Shown here in pieces: positions 49,516-64,000 of a stretch of DNA of 64,000 bases (positions are counted from its first letter, which is position 1; every line of letters starts with the position of its first letter). The translations under genes and the position numbers were made by a program. Source of the stretch: Anaeramoeba ignava BMAN (taxonomy: Eukaryota > Protista > Anaeramoebae); assembly GCA_028826165.1 (NCBI GenBank), contig JAPDFW010000059.1, forward strand, positions 372,001-436,000, written 5' to 3'. The notes beneath the pieces were generated by a model, which saw only the letters and a program-made list of their open reading frames with translations, was not told the origin of the DNA and did no database searches.

Positions 49516-52500
49516 TTAAATTTTCCTAATTAAAATTTCTTGGAAATATTTAAAAGATTCAACACAATGTTGAACTTGAATAATTTCTGAGAAATTACTT
49601 TCAATAGTTTTCTTAATTAATGAATTGTTAGTTAATGAAGCATAAGCAATAAAACTTTCTTTTAATTTATCATTTTGGAGAAATTATTTCTTGATTTTTT
49701 AAATTTTTAAGAATAAAATTAAGCCAAAAATTTATAAAAGAATCAGAAAGTTGTCCGATTTTTGATGCGAAATTATCCAATTCCTTTTTTAAATTTATAT
49801 TTAATGGTGCTTGATAACATTGTGCAACTGATTTTAATGGTTCATCAAAAATTTGTTTGAGTTTATCCTTAATAAAAAGAATATGAGTTAATTTAACTTC
49901 TTTTTTCAATGTTGGTGATATTTTGGCAATTTCTTCAATTTCTTGGATTTGAAGATCTTGTGAAACAAATTGATATAATGTTTTTTCAAAAAATTCATTT
50001 GAAAAATATGTATCAGAATTTTGACTGAAATATTCAATAATATGATCAATAATAAAGAGGAAATTTCTTGATTTTGAATTTGCTTCAATTTCCTTCAAAA
50101 TTTGATTCCATTTTAATTCAGAAAGAGATGATTGGTTTTTCTTAATCATTTCCAAGTTAAATTCTTTGAAATCAATTTTTGTGTCTGAGAATACAAAATT
50201 ATTAATTCTGAATGTGAAATTTTTTGAGTTTGTTAATATGCTTGTTAATATATTTTTCACTCTATTTTCAATTTCATTTGGAGTTGATTTGAATATAATT
50301 TCTTTTTCAAATAATTCTTCAATTTCAGAAATTTCAATTTTGAAAAGTCGTAATTTATCAATTTTCTCATCTAAATCAGGTAATTTAACAACAAACTTTT
50401 TCTTTTTCTCATCTTTACTTTCTGTCAATTTTGATGCTTTTTCAATTAGATTTCTGTTTAAATTTGAAATATGTTCAATCATAATCTTAATGAAACATTT
50501 TTTTTCATCATCAATTTCTCCAGGAATACAATATTCAATTGATTTATTTTTATTAATGGTGAATGATTCCAAATCTCTTGATAATCCATTTTTCAAAATT
50601 AAATATTTTGTTTGTTTCCAACATATATTGAAAAATTTCTCAAATTTTTTATAAACTTCCATCCAATTCCGTTCTTGATTTTTTGATAATTCAAAAACAA
50701 AATCTTTAATAGAAATGTTCTCAACTTTATCTTTTGATAACTTCCCATTCCAAAACTTGAATAAACTGTTAACAAACAATAAAAATGAAGGAAATAAATT
50801 GATTAATTCAATATCATCCAAATTTTCAAATAAAAATCTTGTAAATTTATTCTCCTGAGTAATTTGGTTATAAATACTTAAAAATGTGGTTTGGCTTTCA
50901 AATTGAACTAAATACCATTTTTTTTGGAAATAATTCTTTTGAATTTCATCCAAAAGATTACATTTCTTGAAACTTTTTTCTCTAATTAATTTGATAATTC
51001 TTGTATGAGATTTTTGCCAAACTTCTTGAATTTTATTTTCAAATTTATTTCTTGATTCTGGCTTTTCAAAAGTCTTGAATGTATTAAGTTTTGATAAACG
51101 ACTTTTTTTGTTTTTTAATTCTTGAGATATTTCTTGCAGAATCAAATGGAAATACAAAACAGAATTTTCAAATGTTGTTTCAAGTAATTTTGAAAGAGCA
51201 AAGAAGTCATTCTGAATATGCTCATGTAAAAGATTTAGGATTTGTTCTTGTGAATGTGGATGGGAAAAGGAATCATTGATCATCATCAAAAATACTAATG
51301 AAAATGATGGAGTTCCACAAACAAATCCAAATAATATTGAGTAAAAAAATAAACGAAGAATTCTAAATGTAATTGGATTTAAACCTCTAACTGTATAAAA
51401 TATACTTTTTGGCAAGTTTGAATCAAAAATTAAATAGGGTGGATTCGTGAAGAAATTGATATCCACAGTTCTTACAGATAATGAAGTTTTACAAACTGAA
51501 CATTCTTTGAGTTTTGATTTTTTTGAGTAATAATTTAAATGTTTTTTTTGACAAATCATCCATTTATTAATATCCTTAATAAATTCGTTTTCAAATGGAA
51601 TTGAAGGTGTTGTTGGGAAATAGAAATATAACTTTTCAGTTTTTTGAATTCTTTTTTCTGGATCATTTTCCATAATTATTGCAAATAATGAAAATAATGG
51701 TTCAATTTTATATTGTTCGAAAATTTCTATTGAATGAATAATTACTTGAAATAATTTATCAGATTGAACTTTTTTTTGAATTTCCTCAAGTTTACTTTCA
51801 ATATATGGAAGAAATTGTAAATTGGTTATTAAATGCGATATATTTGTGCTTTCATCGATTTTATTTGTAATATATTCCAATATTGGTGTTTCTTTTGTGA
51901 AATCAATTGCTTTTGAATGTTTAGAAAATATTTTTTGGAATTGTTGAATATCATCTTTTTCTTTTTGTTTTTGTTTTTTCTTTTTTTTGAGATTTTTGTT
52001 AAGAAATTATTAATTGATGTAACTCCTCCTTTGTTATAAATATTATGCAAAAGAAATAAAACCCAATCATCTTTAATTGATATCTTGAATTTTTTGATGA
52101 TATCTCCTAAATCTTTTTCTTTTTCTTCTTCGTTTTCAATAATCTTTTTTCGTATTTCAATTAAATTAACAATTTGTTGAATATCAATTGGTTCTTTAAA
52201 TTGAATACCCAAATGATTTAATAGTTTTGAAGAATCTTTTTCATTTGAATCATTTTGAATTGTATCTATTGTGAAATTTTGATTTAAAAGTTTTGTATTT
52301 TCTTCAAAAAATTTAACTAGCATTAAAGAAATCAAATTGTTATCATTTTCTTCTAATGTATTTAATTCACATTTTGTTAAAGTATTATCAATTCCTTTTT
52401 TCAAAGCCTTTTTTAACCCTTCAGAAATATCCTTCACAAATGTAAAATTAAACAAATGATCTAAACAAAGAACACGAATATTTTTTAATTGAGCTTCATT

Positions 52501-55500
52501 CAAAATTTGAATTCTTTGTTTATCATATTCAACAACAGTATTTAAAAATGTTTCAATATTATTAGTTACATATTTTCTTTTTCCATGAAATAAATTTTGT
52601 TGGAAATCTAATCTTTCAACCATTAATTCAGATAAAAATTTAAAAAAAGTAGGGAAAAACCCAACAAATAAATTTTTCTGATTTGCTTCTTCTTTGTTTC
52701 TTCTTCTAATTGCATTCAAAACATGAATGTAAATTGTTTCAACAAAATTTTCGGTTTTCAAATCTCCAAAAGTAATTCTTTTGTTACTTTTCTTAAAAAA
52801 CAAATGAACAGAGTTGAAATCTGGAAATTCAACAATTTCCATAACTTGAAATTTAATAAGAATCTTATGCCAATCATTAATTAATTCTTGTATTTTTGTT
52901 TGATCAATTTCTTTTTCTGGATCTTGTATTTCCAAAAACTCAATTAATTTCTTAAATCTTGGAGTAAAAGAATAAATTTCTGATTTAATGTTTGGATGAT
53001 TTTTTAAAACTTCTTTTGAATCCATTTGCTTTCCAAGAATTTCCAAACATGAACAAATGAAAAAATATACTGATAAATGTGACTTAATTTCTTTTTCAGA
53101 TTTTTCTTTTTCAGATTTCTTTTTTTTAGATTTTTTATTCATGGATTCTTTTTCAGATTCTTGATTCAATTTTTGATTATAACTTTCTTTTAATTCTTCA
53201 CCAAATTTCTTATTCATAAATTCCCAAGTTTCTGTAATTGATTTGAGATAATCTTTGAAAGTTGAATTATAAATTTCTTGTATTTCAATTAAAGTGTATT
53301 CTTTCTTGTATTGTTGTGTAAAAATCAAATTTAAAACATTAATATTCAATTCTTCAATAATATCAATCTGATTAGTTTTCAATGTAAAATGTAATAAATC
53401 ATGAATATATCTTGTCATTAAATCAATATCTTTTTGATCTTCCGAACTAAATAATCTGGATAAAATGAGGATATCTTTTTCTTCTATTCTTTCATTATTT
53501 TTCAAAAAGCTAAAAGAATTATTATTATTGTTATTGTTATTGCTTTTTTGTTGTTTGATTAATATTTCTTGAATTGATAAATAAATATAATTTGAAAATG
53601 GGAATTGAGCTTTGAAAGTATAATCAGTTTCAAATAAAGGATAGAAATGAATGGAGAAATTCTTTGAAATATTGATCCAAACATCTAAGATATATTTTTG
53701 TTCTTCTCTAAAAAGATGTAGGTTGTAGTTTCGATCAAAACTAGAAAGGAAAATGGAAAATATTCTAATAATTTTGGAGAAAAATTCGTCTATGATGTAT
53801 GATATGAAAGTTTCATCTCTTCTTTTTCTTTCTTTTTTTTCTTTTATCATCTCAATAATATTCCATTGATATAGTTTGTTGCTTTCATTCTTTTTTTCTT
53901 TGGATGCTTTGATAAAAGAATTAATCATAGATTGAACAAAATTTTTGTTATCAAGTAAACCACTTGTCAAATTTATTAGTTCTGCATAATATTTGTTATC
54001 TGGACGCAAAAATTTACTTATAGAAAATGTAATATTGTTTTTTAGGATCACAGGTATTTGATCTTTAACATTTTGTATAAATGTCTCAATTGATAAATTT
54101 TGGTTTATATTTCCAATTTTCAAATTAATATCTATTTTTGGTGAAAGTTCCTCAAGATAATAATATTCCCAAATATCATCAAAACAATAGAAAAAGGTTT
54201 TTGTTATTAATGTAAGTGGGAGATGAACTATAAATACAACATAAAATTGTTGTTTATCAAAGAAATAGTGTTTTTTCTTGTTTTCGTTTGAAAATTTTCT
54301 TTTGCTTGATTTTTGTTCTTTGATATTCTCTTCTTGTAAGAATTTTTGAATCATATTTTCAATAAGATATCTTGATTGATAGAAAATTTGTTCTGATGAT
54401 TGAGAAATATCAAAATGAATTATCAAAATAGATTTTGCATTTTTGGCTTTAATTTTTAATGATTTGAACCATTTATCTGAAAGTCTTCTTTTTAGCGCAT
54501 CTTCATTTTGAAATTCAGAAAGATTAATTGATTGAGTTTTGGAATTTTGAGGATATATAATTTTCTCATTTATTGGAGAATATGTTAAAATGATAGAATT
54601 ATGTATTTTTCTAGGTTCTAATTCTTGTGTGAATAAATTAGCAAATCCCTTAGATGATAATTGTAATCCATAATTCAATAGATTTTGAAAGTTTGTGTGC
54701 TCATTATTAAATTCTTTCTTTTGATTATAGATTTGTTGTATTTCAATCACAGATTCAACTCTGCACAATCTCATACAGCATTTAGTCATATCTTCTTCAA
54801 TTGTTTTTTGTTTTTTCGATATTGTTTCTTGGTTACTTTCTTGATAGAATTTTTTCATATTTTTTAACTTATTTTGGAATTTAATTGCAAGACTTGGCAA
54901 AAAATCGTTATGGTAGTTAATAATCAAATGCTCTCTTTTAATTTTAGAATCTGACATTTTCTCAACAATATCCAAACCATCACTTTGTTCTTTCAGAAAA
55001 ATTTTTGCTTCATCATTATTAATAAGATCTTTTGATTCTATTAATTGTTTTTCAAACCTGTTAAGAACTGCTGGTGATTCTTTTTCATAAGCTCTTATTT
55101 TAGTCATAATAACAATAATTCTAAATCCTGGGTTTATAAAAACAAATCTTGATTCATCTTCAAAAGATATTCTTGTATAAAGTTTGTTTTCAATTTTTAT
55201 ATAGTTTTGATTCAAAAGATCATAAAGTGGTTCAAATAATTGATGATTATTATAAAGAACGATTGTTTCTCCCAAAGAAACTGATTTTTCAACTTGTTTC
55301 AGATTTTGTATTATTTTTATACTTCTTCTTTCCTCTGTAGATAATGAACTAAAAATGATAACTTTTTTTGATTTGATTTGTTGGAGAAAAACTGGGAAAA
55401 ATGCTAAACTATCAATAAGAACCATCAAATGTCGTGAATACAAATGAACTTCATCTTTCTCTAATCCATATCTTTGTTTTCCTTCTTTGGGAAGTAAATT

Positions 55501-58500
55501 ACCATGAATATTTTGTTGAACCATTTTCATTGAAGGAAATTCTTTTGATGGAAGTGGGAATCCAAAATTTTCAGAAAAAGTCTTTCTTATTTCTTCAAGA
55601 AAAGTAGGTTTTGAACCAAAATTTCTATAAATTCCATTCCACAATGTATTTGGATCATCACTAATTTTTTGGAATTTTAAAGTTGCCTTGATAGACATTC
55701 TTAATAAATAATAAAAGTCTCTCAATCCATAATAATGACTGTATATTAATTCATTTTGATTTTGATTTTGATTTTGATTTTGATTTTGATTTTCATTTTC
55801 TTGAATCTGTTTCTTTGTAATCAGATTATAAAATAATGAAATATTTTCTCCATCAACTTGATTTTGTAAATTTTGTGATCGTAAAATTAATTCAGTTGTT
55901 TCTTTAATATCTTTAGGACTTGGATCTTGTTTGCATAATAAAATTGAACGATTAGTATTTGCTGGATCTATTTTCCAATTAGAAACTGTTATAATTGAAA
56001 CAATTTCTTGGTCTTCTTTTTCCTTTTCAGTTTCAGAAATCATATTCTTAAGATCTCGATTTCTCCTATACTGAAACTTTTTATTATTATTATTATCATA
56101 TTCTTAAGATCTCGATTTCCTAAACTGAAACTTTTCACTTTTCTGAAACTTTTCTTTTTACCAAGAGTTGTTTTAGTGGAAATGCTTGGTTTTTTCATAA
56201 ATTGATTCAAATATTTTCTATCAGAAAATTCAAGTTCTGAATGTAAAACTTTTAATGGCAAATCAGGACTAAATTCAGCTAAAGCAACTTCATCCAAAAT
56301 CACAACAGGAATAATTTCAGATCTTATATCTTTTTTGGATTCTCTTGCTAATTTAAATATTCTTGATATTCCTTTTGATGATAATATTTTGGAGCATTGA
56401 AGATAAAAAGGAACTAAAGGAGATAATTTGAATTTTTGAATTAATAAATTATCACTTCCTTGACGTAAACGATGTAATATAATTTCAATAGATAAAGTTT
56501 TTGATGTTCCTAAAAAAATGATAATAATTTTATATTTTATTTTTTTGTTTTCTATTTACAAAAAAATATAAAAAATATAAATACCTGGTTTTCCAACAAT
56601 AAATAAAGGAATTTGAACATAACAAGAAATGAATACTAATAATAAGTTCTCTTTCAAAATTTGATTAACTGCAATTAAATTATCATATTCTCGAACTCTT
56701 AAATAATTAACTAAATTATCCTGAATTTGATCAATAATTATGTTTAATGTTAAATTCTTTTTGCTTGTTTTCTTTTCCAACAAATTTTGGTTAATGTATT
56801 GAATATAATTTTGTCTATTATCATCAGTAAAACGTAATGCATAACAAATATAAATTGATAATAAAAAAGAACAGAGTGATCTTTCAATAAATGTATTTTC
56901 AAAAAGAAGTTGATTTATAGAAGATTCTAAAGTCCATTTCCAAATTCGTAAAATTCTTGAAACATCCCTTAAAGAAACTGAACTTTCTGGATCATTTGAA
57001 CGACTTCGAATAAAATCATGTGAATAACAAATTATCTCTGTGAAATCTTGTATATTTTTGTTTTTGTTTTTGTTTTTGTTTTGGAAATGTTCGAATTCTT
57101 TCGTTGCATTTTGTACCATTTCTGTGATATATTTTTTTTCAGCTTCTTCACTTAAATTCCCAAAATCAAAAATATCTTCAAAAAATGAATCTTGAATTGG
57201 ATGAACACGATAAACAGCTTTTTGAATATCTCTTTTTTTATTTTTTAATTTTGTATCAAAATCTAAACCAGCATTTGTTAAGAAATATTGTTCATCATTT
57301 CCATTATTATTTTGATTATTATTATTTTGATTATTATTATTATTTTGATTATTATTATTATTTTGATTATTATTATTATTTTCATTATTATTATTATTAT
57401 TTTCATTATTATCTTCATTTTTTTTATTTTTATTCAGTTGAGAAAATCTAAGTCTATAAGGATTTGCAGCTGCTAATAAATGTAATTTTTTTGAAAGTGG
57501 TTTTCCATTCAATGAATGATCAATTATAATTTCTTTGAATAAAGTAATGCATTCATTTGAAGATGTATTGAATTCATCAAAAAAAAGATAAACATCGTTA
57601 TTTTTTTGTTTTTGGATAATTTCTTCTGCTTCTTTAACATATCTTACAATATCTTCTTGTGTTGTTCCTCCATGAATATTTCGAATTAATAGTTTTTTAT
57701 TCATCATTTTTTCAATTAAAAATTGTATTAGTGATGTTTTTCCACATCCAGTTTCTCCCAATAAAATTACAGGAAGACCTGAGAAAAGTTTGAATTGAAT
57801 ATAAATCATTTTCATAAAGTTATCTGATGTTAAAACATATCTCGAACGTTGATATACTTCATTCATTCGTTTCTTTTCATCTTGTTCGCTGATTTGTTCG
57901 ACATTTAATGCAGTGTACATTCTAAATGCTTCACTTAATTTAAATGTTAGTTTTTTTTTATTTGTGATTTCTTGAAAAAATCTGAATCCATTTTTTTGTA
58001 ATATTCCTCTGATTGGCTTTATCTTGGAAAAGGTTTGTATTTTTATTTTCAAGTAAATTAAAGTTAGTTGAATTCTTTGAGAAAATTGGAATAAGAAAAT
58101 AATCTATTTTGGCTATCCCATTCATTTCTATTGTTATAAATTTTTGATAACTCTATTATATCATTAGAATCTTCACTTTCTGTATGGAAAGTCCAATTAA
58201 ATGAACGTGAAACTAATTTTTTCATTGAATAAATATATCCATAAAAAAATTCTTTTGTAAATTTCTTTGCTGTATTATCAGGTTTAAAATTCATAATATT
58301 TTGAGTTGTTTGGTTACTGAAAAACATATAACGAAAGAGATAATCAATATGACTTTTCAAAATTTTCCAAAAATTAGAAAGAAGCCTGAAAGTTAATTGT
58401 TCTTTTTTTTCTTTTTCTTTTGATTCTTCAGTAAGAGTATTTAATAAAAATTTCCAAAATTTGTTTTTATCTGGTTCTCGATATGTTTCATTTTTACGAT

Positions 58501-61500
58501 TTTGCAAATTGGATGTATCAAATTCGATAAAGTTATTTTCACCTATTTCAATAAATCTTGCGACTTCCTTAAGTTTTCGATCTTCTTTTCTTTCAATTTC
58601 AAAATTTTCATTAATTTTATATTCAATAAATTCAAAAACTTCTTCTTTAAGTTCACATTGAAATTCTTGAATAAATTTTAATGGAGTAAATTGTTTCAAT
58701 CCACTTTCTGAATTTGCACCTCTATTACTTGGAATTTCAAATGAAATATCAAAATTATCTTCAAATTTCCAAAATAATAATTGAGCATTTGATATTGATC
58801 TTTTTTCTTCAATTACTCCCCACATTAGGAATTTCCAAATTAAATTTAATGTTTTCTTTTTGGGATATATTGGAAATTCGAAATGTATATAATTAACCAT
58901 ATTACTGTTATTATTTATAAATGCATTTTGATTTTGATTTTGATTTTGATTTTGTAGATTTGAATTAAAAAGAAATGCATAAATTTTGTTAATAATTTCA
59001 AAAGATGTTCCACTTGTAAGCATCATATGTGAATAAGGAAATAAAGAATTTGCTTTGGTTTTTTGTGTGAAATATTTTCTAATTTGATAAGTCTTTCCAC
59101 ATCCAGAGAATTCAGAAGTGAAAACTTTCATATTATTTGATTTAGGATGATATTTATCAAAAATTAATTGGATATTTTGTCTTGATAATATTTCAAAATT
59201 TTCAATTTTTTGGTTTTGAGTTGCTTGTTTTAAATTGTAAATTTGAGGAGAATCTCCTGAAAATAAGATTAAAAGAGGATATTTTGCAAAATAATCAATT
59301 TGATTTAATTCTCTGATTAAACAATTAGATTCTCTTTTTTTCAATTTTTGGAAAAACATTATTGTAAACAAAAACTTTTGTTGATTCAAAAATTTTGTTT
59401 CTTCTTCTTTTTTGCTTTTCTTTTTCTTTTTGTTTTCTTCATTTGAATCTGAATAAAAATTATAAAGTTTGTAAATCCTCAAAAAGTTTCTAATATCCAT
59501 TTTGCTTGTATATTTATCACAAATGAGAACATGATCTCTCAAAGGAAAATGATGAGAATAAGTAAAATAAATTGATGTTAACAAATCATAAATATTTGAT
59601 TTTTCTTCATTTTCTGTTGTTTCATAATAAAAAATATTTTTTTGAGCATTTTTTTTGTGATTTTGTTTGAGAAAATTTGTAAATTTATCTTGATTAATTT
59701 GTGAGGATTTAGTGAGTTCATTTTGATTTTCTTGAATTGGGATTAAACGTAATTTAATATATTTGTAAAGATCAAATAATTTATTCATTATTGAAGCTAC
59801 ACTATAAATATCAATATCTGATTGTTTTTTGTTTAATGGATCTGAAACTGCTTCAATTAACGATTGGGAATCTTTTTGATCAAGATATTGGAAAAAGTAA
59901 CGAAGAATATCAATATTTGAATTTTTTTGGTTTTTCAAATAATAAGAAATACTGATAAATTGTTCATAAGAAAAAATTGAGATGAACGGATAAACTTTAT
60001 AAATATCTAAAATTTTATTTTTCCAATCTTTTAAATCTTGTGTAAATCTAATATTAAGATTTTGTATTTCTTTTTCCCAAGAATTATTCTGAGAAATTGG
60101 AACCTCTTTGATAAAAATTTTGTTGTCTTTTTGGTTTTTGAAATGTGAAAAATAATCCCAATGCCCAAAATTTCTAAGTTTAGTAAGAGTTGCTGAACAT
60201 TCTTCAATAATTGGGAATATTTCCAAAAATTTAGAATAAAACGCTTTTAATTTGAGTTCTTGATCATTTTCAAAATTTATATAATTAGGAGAAATAACAA
60301 AATTATCTGAATCTTGAATTGTATAATAAACTTGCAATAAATCTTCAAAAGGAATAGGATCTGAATTTTCAATTTGGCATTCAACATTTTCATCATTTAA
60401 ATTTTGAGCAAATCTAAATACAAATTTAGATTTTTCAGTAAATATTTTGGTAATAATTCTTTGTATTTTTTGTTGTGGAGATTCTTGATTTTTTTCAATT
60501 TTTTCTTTTAGTTCAATAAACACTTTTTGTAAAAATCGAGTATCAAGAGGATTTTTTGATGAATTTTTGAGAAATTCATCTTCACATTTAGAAATTTCAT
60601 TCGCAAGATCTTCGCAAGTTGTAAACTCCTTATATAAATATCCTTTTATTCTTTCACGAAGAGAACGTAAATATATTGCTGCTTGTGACAAATGTTGATC
60701 AATAAATTGATTTGGATCAACTTTTTGATTAAATTCAAAATCCTTAAGATTATTATTTTTGAGCCAATCAAAAATATCTGAATTAAAGTTTTCATTAAAT
60801 TTCTCCTGACCAAGGAAAGTTTTAGGAAATAAATCACCAAAAAACTCAATTGTTTCTTCTTTTAATCCCAAAATGAGTGCTTCTTTTAAAACTTCTTCTA
60901 CTTGAGATATATTATATTTTTCGAATGATTTCCAATTTGAATAAATTTTCGGAATTTGTTTGAATTTGGATTTGCATAGAAAAATAAAAGAATCTCTAGA
61001 AATAATAAGTTTGCGACATTTGAGAAACTGCTTAATTTTATCCACAGGTAATTGCTCTTTTTGTTCTTTTTCTTCATTTTTCTCTTCAAAATCGTTATGA
61101 AGATTGTAAATTTCAGAGTTGTTTAATTCATCACTATTTCCAATAGGAAAGTAATCATCCAATTCTTTAAAAGTTATAGTAGATTGTATTATTTTTGTTT
61201 CTAAATTCTTTCCATTTATTTATAACATTTGGAATGATTTGATTTTTCAATTCGTTTAATTTAATTTTTTCTTGTTTGTCTTTTATATTTTGGTTTTCTT
61301 TGCCTTTTTTGGTTTCTTGATTTGTTCTGTTGCCTTTGATAGAAAAAGTTTTGAACTTCTAATATCCAAAAATTTTTGAACATTTTGTTTTGGTTCAATG
61401 ATTTAAAAGAAGATAAAATATTAAAATCAAATCCTAAATGATCAAATATTGTTTGAGTTTTAGTAACTTTAATATTGTTAACGTTTTCATTTTGATTTTG

Positions 61501-63578
61501 ATTTTGATTTTTTTTTAATCTATCTTCTTTTATTCTATTTATAATTGTAAAAATTTCTGGACAATAGAATTTTGGATCTGATATAAAATGAGAAGCAAAT
61601 GAACTTAGAGTGTATTCTTTTTCGTGAAAATTATCAATAAGTTTCTCTGTATTTTGAATCTCAGAAGAATAATTTTCATTGAATATATCAAAGAAAGAAG
61701 AATATAAATTTTTATTATTGAGATAATCATAAAAATCATAAATTAAACATTGATCTGGATCTTTTAATTTTTGTATTTTTTGTAAAATTTGTGTTTTCCA
61801 TCCTTTTAGTATAAATAAAAAACTTTGTGGATTTTCATTGTTATCGTTATTATTCTTATTGAAATTTTCATAATTTTTAAACCATTTCAAAGTTGTTTTA
61901 ATCTTTTTTATTTGAGTTTCATTTACAGTGTTAATTAATTTGAAAATATTTGATTTAACTTCAAAATTTTCGTTTAAAGAAAGATGTTTTTCCCAATAAC
62001 GTAATTGATGATTAAGAGACATATAAATGATAATATCCTGATTATCGATCATATTTATTGGTTTTATTGAAAGCAACTCGTTAATAGTCAAATTTTCAAT
62101 TTTGTTTTTAAGTTCTAAATCCAAATCCAATTCATTTTCAAACTTTTTCAATTCAATAATTTCCTTAATTTTTTCTTGAGATAATTTTTGGTTGAAAGGT
62201 TGTATTTCAAAATTATTTTCTCGAATTGAATAAAATTTATTTTGATCAAAAACCCCAATATTTTTCATAATATCCTTTTTGATTTTTTCTATTCTTTTGC
62301 TAAAATATTCCTTTGTTTGCTTTTCCAAGTTTTTCCAAAATTTAACCCATTCTAAAAATGTAGGACAAATAATATTTTGAATCATTTCATACAATCCATT
62401 TTGGTTAATAGAATCAAGAATAATTTCGAAAAGTTGATCAGATTCTTTTTTTTTAAAAAGAATTTCAAATAAAGAATATTTAAGATCTTCTGTGTAAAAA
62501 AGGGTATTTATTGTTTTTGGAGTGATAATATTCTTGAAAATTTGAGAATTAAAACAAATTTTGAGCATGAAAATAGATTCTTTAATAAAATTTTCGTTAA
62601 CTTCTTTTTTGTTAAGTTCTTCAGATTTGAGTTTAATAATATCAAGAGTTGATTCAGATATTTGAAGAGCTTCAAAAATTGGGATAAACCATAAAAGTTT
62701 AAATCTGTAATTTTTTACTAAAATTTTTGAAATGAAGAGTAAATTTTCTTTTATTTTTGATATAAAAGTGTTAAGAGAAGGTATTTGAATTAAATGATAA
62801 ATAACTTCATAAAAATGAACTAAATCTCCAATATTTGTAATTTGTGTTGTTGGGAAAAAAAGAACTTCTGAAAAATTTCTTTGCATATTCTTAGCAACAG
62901 AATGATGAAATAAAATAATAAGAAAAGTTCTAAATAATGGAAATTTTTGATATTGGCTCTTGATTAAATTATAAACTGCTGAAGAAAATAGGTTTTCAAG
63001 ATATTTTTCATTATTTTTGATTTGAGAAATTGTTCCATTATAGTTTCATGCACTTTAATAATTTGAGTAAAACTTGATTGGATTTCAATTTGATTTTGAT
63101 TTGAATTTTGATTTCCAAATTCAATATCACTTTCACTTTCACTTTCACTTTCAATTTGATTTTGATTTTGATTTTGATTTCCGAAAATGTTTTCTTCAAA
63201 TTGAATTATAAGAACAATTAGAAATTCTGATGCAATTATTTCTTTTTCGTTTTCATTTCCTTTTTGGCTTTTGCTTTTCTTTTCTTTTTCTGTAAAAATG
63301 AAAAAATTTAAATTTGATTGAGTTTTTTCAAAAGGAAAAGTTTTTTTGATTGGTTGTGATCTCTTTTGATGTTTTGTTTTTATTTTCTGTTTTTTCATTT
63401 CGATTGACCATTCTTTAAGAGTTTTTTCATTTGATTCATCTTTAAAAATCCAAATATTTTGATTTTGATTAGATTGAATCATTTCTTTTTCATTGCATTT
63501 AAAAGTGATTTTATTTTTATCTTTTTTTCTTTGTTTGTAACAAATGAAAAGTTGAGGTTTTAAATTGTTTTGAGACAT
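49516..63578 (-). CDS. RNF213 (mysterin)-like giant dynein-type AAA+ protein, ~4600 aa. Intron 56510-56584; about 8 frame breaks
   Basis: 'FTSEFSGCGKT', 'YVLTSDNFMKM..SGLPVILLGETGCGKT', 'IHGGTT', 'FFDEFNT', 'AANPYR', 'YRVHPI', 'VSLRDV', 'PLFIVGKPG|TSKT', 'ILDEVALAEFSPDLPLKVLH..LE', 'SNWKIDPANTNR', 'YYGLRDFYYL', 'LYDLLNQNY', 'LNRFEKQ'. ORFs are collinear and joined by small indels. Confidence 0.85.
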
Positions 63579-63690
63579 TTTTTAAAAATGAAAAAAAATG
63601 AAATAAAAAAAAGGAAAAAAAAATAAATGAAAAAATATTTTTTCCTTTTTTTCTTTATTTTTTTTTTCCGGTTTTTAATTAATTTGAAAA

Positions 63691-64000
63691 ATGATTACAA
63701 TTATTCCTTTATTTAAATTTTATCCAATTTATTTTATTCCAATTACAAATGAAAATAAAAGAGAATTTAGTTTTAAATACATTCATGAACTACTTTGTCA
63801 ACAATTACAAAAGGAAAAAGAAGAGATATTTCTTCAACCATTCCAAAATTATTATGACAAAGAAAATTTGACGATGGAACAAATAAAAGGCAAAATCATT
63901 TCAATGAGATTTTTACACAAAAACAAATATGAAGTGAAATCTGAACATTGCTTAACTCACGAACAATTTCCAATAACAATATCAAATGAAACAACAACAA
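63691..64000 (+). CDS. 5' part of an unknown protein (MITIIPLFKFYPIYFIP...), open to the window end and divergent from the RNF213-like gene
   Basis: ATG at 63691 followed by 103 codons without a stop, with coding-like composition. Confidence 0.6.
   Translation, partial: MITIIPLFKFYPIYFIPITNENKREFSFKYIHELLCQQLQKEKEEIFLQPFQNYYDKENLTMEQIKGKIISMRFLHKNKYEVKSEHCLTHEQFPITISNETTT

Overview
Extremely AT-rich eukaryotic (protist) genomic DNA with short GT-AG spliceosomal introns and the standard genetic code. (NQ)n/(NE)n-rich proteins and Inr-like TCATTT elements would fit an Anaeramoeba/metamonad-type genome, but that is inference only. Genes in order: 3' part of VPS13 (+), valyl-tRNA synthetase (-), WDFY3/Alfy-like BEACH-WD40-FYVE protein (-), RRS1 (+), histidine acid phosphatase (-), CLASP/TOG-like protein (-), MEMO1 (-), BRSK/SAD-type kinase (-), BTB/coiled-coil protein (-), two tandem TauE/SafE-family transporters (-), FYV7/TAP26-like protein (-), a ~14 kb RNF213-like AAA+ gene (-), and the start of a divergent ORF (+). 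Many introns and spacers are inflated by locus-specific AT satellites. Many single-base homopolymer frameshifts suggest a long-read assembly with residual errors. Main finding: the ~75-nt 'satellite' at 37.2-41.3 kb reads on the minus strand as ...AATAG|NNN|GTAAAT... It appears to be an array of at least 32 single-codon (3-nt, phase-0) micro-exons separated by near-identical ~70-nt introns, continuing the BTB gene in frame to a terminal TTT AAA TAA exon: a protein tail apparently encoded one amino acid per exon. RNA evidence is needed to confirm it.
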